From Marsupella aquatica (Eukaryota; Plantae; Marchantiophyta): a stretch of DNA of 64,000 nt. The stretch is taken from positions 1,736,001 through 1,800,000 of the forward strand of contig OZ316896.1 in assembly GCA_973895155.1 (NCBI GenBank), read 5' to 3'. The translations under genes and the position numbers were made by a program. Below, in pieces: positions 63,860 to 64,000 of the stretch. The notes beneath the pieces are model-generated. The model did not search any database. It was not told the DNA's origin and saw only the letters and a list, made by a program, of their open reading frames with translations. Positions within the stretch are counted from its first letter, which is position 1, and the number at the start of each line of letters is the position of its first letter.

Positions 63860-64000
63860 TTGAGTGTCTATTGCTCTAGACAGAGCTCAGGCCTTCACTG
63901 TCTATGACAGGCTGAGAGGGTTGAGTTTTTAGGGCTTCTAGTTAAATATCTCGTTGTGACCCTATTATGCGCTTTACCAGGGAATCTACCAGGCCTTTTG

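Overview
Eukaryotic land-plant genomic DNA, probably a liverwort or other bryophyte (inferred from recalled similarity of the TE ORFs and TORNADO1-like remnants; not verified by search). Five protein genes are supported: a 7-exon cyclic nucleotide-gated channel (minus, 4319-8821), a 28-exon CLU/FRIENDLY clustered-mitochondria gene (plus, 29867-41780, one GC-AG intron), an intronless divergent B3-domain gene (50064-51014), an intronless acidic 457-aa ORF of unknown family (55864-57237) and an SRC2/BAP-like C2 gene (minus, 60258-60833). CNGC and CLU diverge across a ~17 kb TE island. It holds Gypsy debris, a CRE-type LINE fragment, a ~580-codon retroelement accessory ORF broken by one stop, a decayed Helitron, and a 3.3 kb TG...CA element with a perfect 5-bp TSD that looks like a solo LTR carrying its own ORFs and a nested MITE. 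Elsewhere are a tRNA-Asp pseudogene, a 21-bp perfect miRNA-like hairpin, a tandem array upstream of the B3 gene, a hAT-like MITE, a composite Helitron with a 35-bp minisatellite, possible decayed TORNADO1-like (LRR-ROC-COR) copies and many short tandem duplications. All calls are by eye; no searches were run.
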